The notes beneath the pieces are model-generated. The model ran no database searches. It had not been told where the DNA came from and was given only the letters and a program-made list of their open reading frames with translations. 64,000 nt of DNA from Raillietiella orientalis. Taxonomy: Eukaryota. The stretch is from positions 1,426,001 to 1,490,000 of the forward strand of contig JAYWIR010000025.1 of the NCBI GenBank assembly GCA_036172245.1, in the 5' to 3' direction. The translations under genes were made by a program, and so were the position numbers. Every line of letters begins with the position of its first letter. Position 1 is the stretch's first letter. This document shows, piece by piece, positions 61,601-64,000 of the stretch.

Positions 61601-64000
61601 TGGATTTAAAAGTTTGGAATAAATCATCTCCTCCATATCCACCAAATGCAAAAGTTCAAAAACCACAGCTATCCAGAGGCTTCCAGTCAGGGATAAAATG
61701 CGACTTCCAGTGTACGTTTTCGTGTCTTCCGTTCCACTCACATTTCTCTAGAGCATTCTTATGCAAGAATGTTCCAAGACCGTGACCTACCTCGATGGGC
61801 GCGCAAAAGCACGCACAGAGGTCGGCCTTTGTGTGCTGAGGATGTTCTGAAAAACCGGCTTGTGGATTTCATCCCTGTCCTGCAGGCCATCGAGTCGGTT
61901 TTTGGCGGTAGAGCACCATAGTAGCGGCTCGCGTTGAGCTCCTGCACAATCTTTCTGCTGCTTCCTAAAGTTTCATCTAAACCAAAACATTCTTCGAGTC
62001 AGAAGTGAAAACAACGCCTGCAACGGAAATTCTCATCAACTAGAAGACTCGAATTCCCATGGAGAGGCTTTTTCCTATCAGGAGCTTGGTTTCCACTCAT
62101 CCCAGCAATTGCTTGGGTACCTTGAAACCTCCACAGTGGACCTCGTGCGGTCCACTCTTCCGGCCTGTTTCAGCAGAATGGAAAACAAAAATCCTTACGG
62201 TATTTACACCCTTAAGTTACCAACAAAATGGCCGTCTTCCTGTTGGGTTCATCGTTGAGAGATGATAAGAACGTATCCAAACGAAGAAAGGAAAAAGGAG
62301 TCTGTATGGGATGCCCTGGTAACGTAATCAAAGTTTCATTAAGGAAGGAGGAATGTGATTTCATGGAATCTGCCACTCGGCACCATCTCTATACTTTAAG
62401 ATTGCAGATTAGTGATGCTCTTTGTTCCTGACCGCTTAATGAAATAATTTCCTGTCGGGAATGAACGACCATGCGAATAACCGCGCGATCTTTTCGATGC
62501 ATAAATCCACGGCGTTGTAATGAAAGAATTCGAAATAAGTTCTTTCGATTCGCTCCTGGTTCGAATTCAAGAAGTGCTGCTACATGAATAGGCGAATGAT
62601 TCCAGAAAACAAACTTGTTTGCTTTGGAAAATTCCAGAGCTGGCACCAAAGAGTTATCCAATCAAAACGGGACGTGCTCTCGAGAGTGCCGGTGTTTCGG
62701 ACTTTCCCGAGGAAAACGAGTGAACTGCACACTTCTGATAACGAACGCCCCTCCGGTGGGAGATCCCGGAAAGTTCACGATGGCTTAAGCAAACTGAGCG
62801 CTAAGGACTGAATGCCCAGAGAAAGCGTTTTCGGCACGACGTGCTCTGAGTAGCTGACGAAGAGTGAGCAACGGTGGACTATGACCGTATCTACGTTTCA
62901 CCGGTCAGCCTCACCTAGCAACAACCTGTCGCCATGCCGAGATTGCCGCATGCAGCGTCGTGCACCTTGGCGAAGGAAGAGTTCTCACGCGTTTTCGTGA
63001 ACGAGAATACGAAACTGGAAGAGCTGGGGACGGGATTCGGGAAGGAAATTCAGCGAAAATTCGAGTCCGCGCCCTTCCCCTTTCCCGAAAGAAGCTGCTT
63101 CCCCGTACCGACGACGGTATGCAGGTGAATCTGAAGATTCGAGCCCGCGGTCCACAGGGAGGGGTCGAGCTCGAAACGTCGGCAGGGAGCAATCTCGCAA
63201 TCCAGCCTTTCCTCCGATAGCATTCCGACAGCTACAGATTAAATCCTCCTTTTCCCATCAGCGAGCATTTTCCTGAACGGATGCAGAGAAAAACGATGCA
63301 GATGAGGACGGCACGTAAACAAAATTTATCCTTGCAGTTACGTCTCTTCACATCATTTCGAATGCACGGGCGCACCAAAATAAGGGGGGTCGGGAGAGGG
63401 GGGGGAGAAGGTAAAAAGAAAGAAAGAAAGAAAAAAAAAAAAAAAATCCAGTTTTACACATTTCTGCGCTCGGCTTATCGACAGATTTATTTACTGTGAC
63501 CTCTCTGTGCTTGCCCTTCCAGTGCACACCGAGCGTGCGGAAAAACCAGCCTGCGAGAGAATGGCGTGCTGGAGAGATGGCGGCAAACAACACGTTTCGT
63601 GTGGACACTTTGTCTGGCCGCTACCCAAGAGGGCGCTGTACCGAAAAGGCGCATTGTGATCGAAACGGTATTTAGGAAGGATTCAAAAACCAAAGACTGA
63701 GAAGAATGGGCCGCCCTTGTGGAAATGAAAAGTGAATCTCATGATGAGAAATACATATAGGTCACCTTGAATTAAGCCTTCGGGCGTCGGGAAAAAAGGA
63801 TTCACCGGTTTCGTTTGTCATTCGCGCTGTTGCTAACAACAAGGGCTGTTTGGAGAGGAATTCTCGGAGGAGCAGCGCGGGCTCGCAAGTCTGGATAACG
63901 GGAACGGAAAATAAATAAACACAAGGAACGCCGCTCCCGACACTGCCGGGCATGCGCAAGGAACGCAAAAGGAAACTTTGTTCCACCCAGGCTTTATTTT

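Noticed and set aside
1..64000. CRISPR arrays, operons, telomeric arrays or intact tRNA genes
   Set aside because: None seen; the sequence is eukaryotic and has no regularly spaced repeat-spacer structure.

Overview
Eukaryotic (animal, probably pancrustacean arthropod judging from 28S signature positions) genomic DNA. It is mostly intergenic or intronic, with many poly-A/T runs, and nearly all entries in the six-frame ORF track look spurious. Four elements are well supported. (1) A compact five-exon SAC3/GANP-domain gene (SAC3D1-like, about 350 aa) on the minus strand at 54391-55622, with four 42-46 nt introns, one apparently a non-canonical in-frame GC-AG intron. (2) A decayed, 5'-truncated Utopia-type (NeSL clade, restriction-like endonuclease) non-LTR retrotransposon at about 44898-46714, directly preceded by a remnant of the 5' end of U2 snRNA, the known Utopia target. 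(3) An isolated, heavily diverged 28S rRNA fragment of about 820 bp (minus strand, 23050-23867) that still shows helix-preserving compensatory substitutions. (4) A nearly perfect inverted duplication with 281-bp arms at 49965-50665. A cluster of direct and inverted repeats at 21.0-22.6 kb and several unassigned exon-like segments are reported with lower confidence. No prokaryotic-type systems (CRISPR, operons) are visible.
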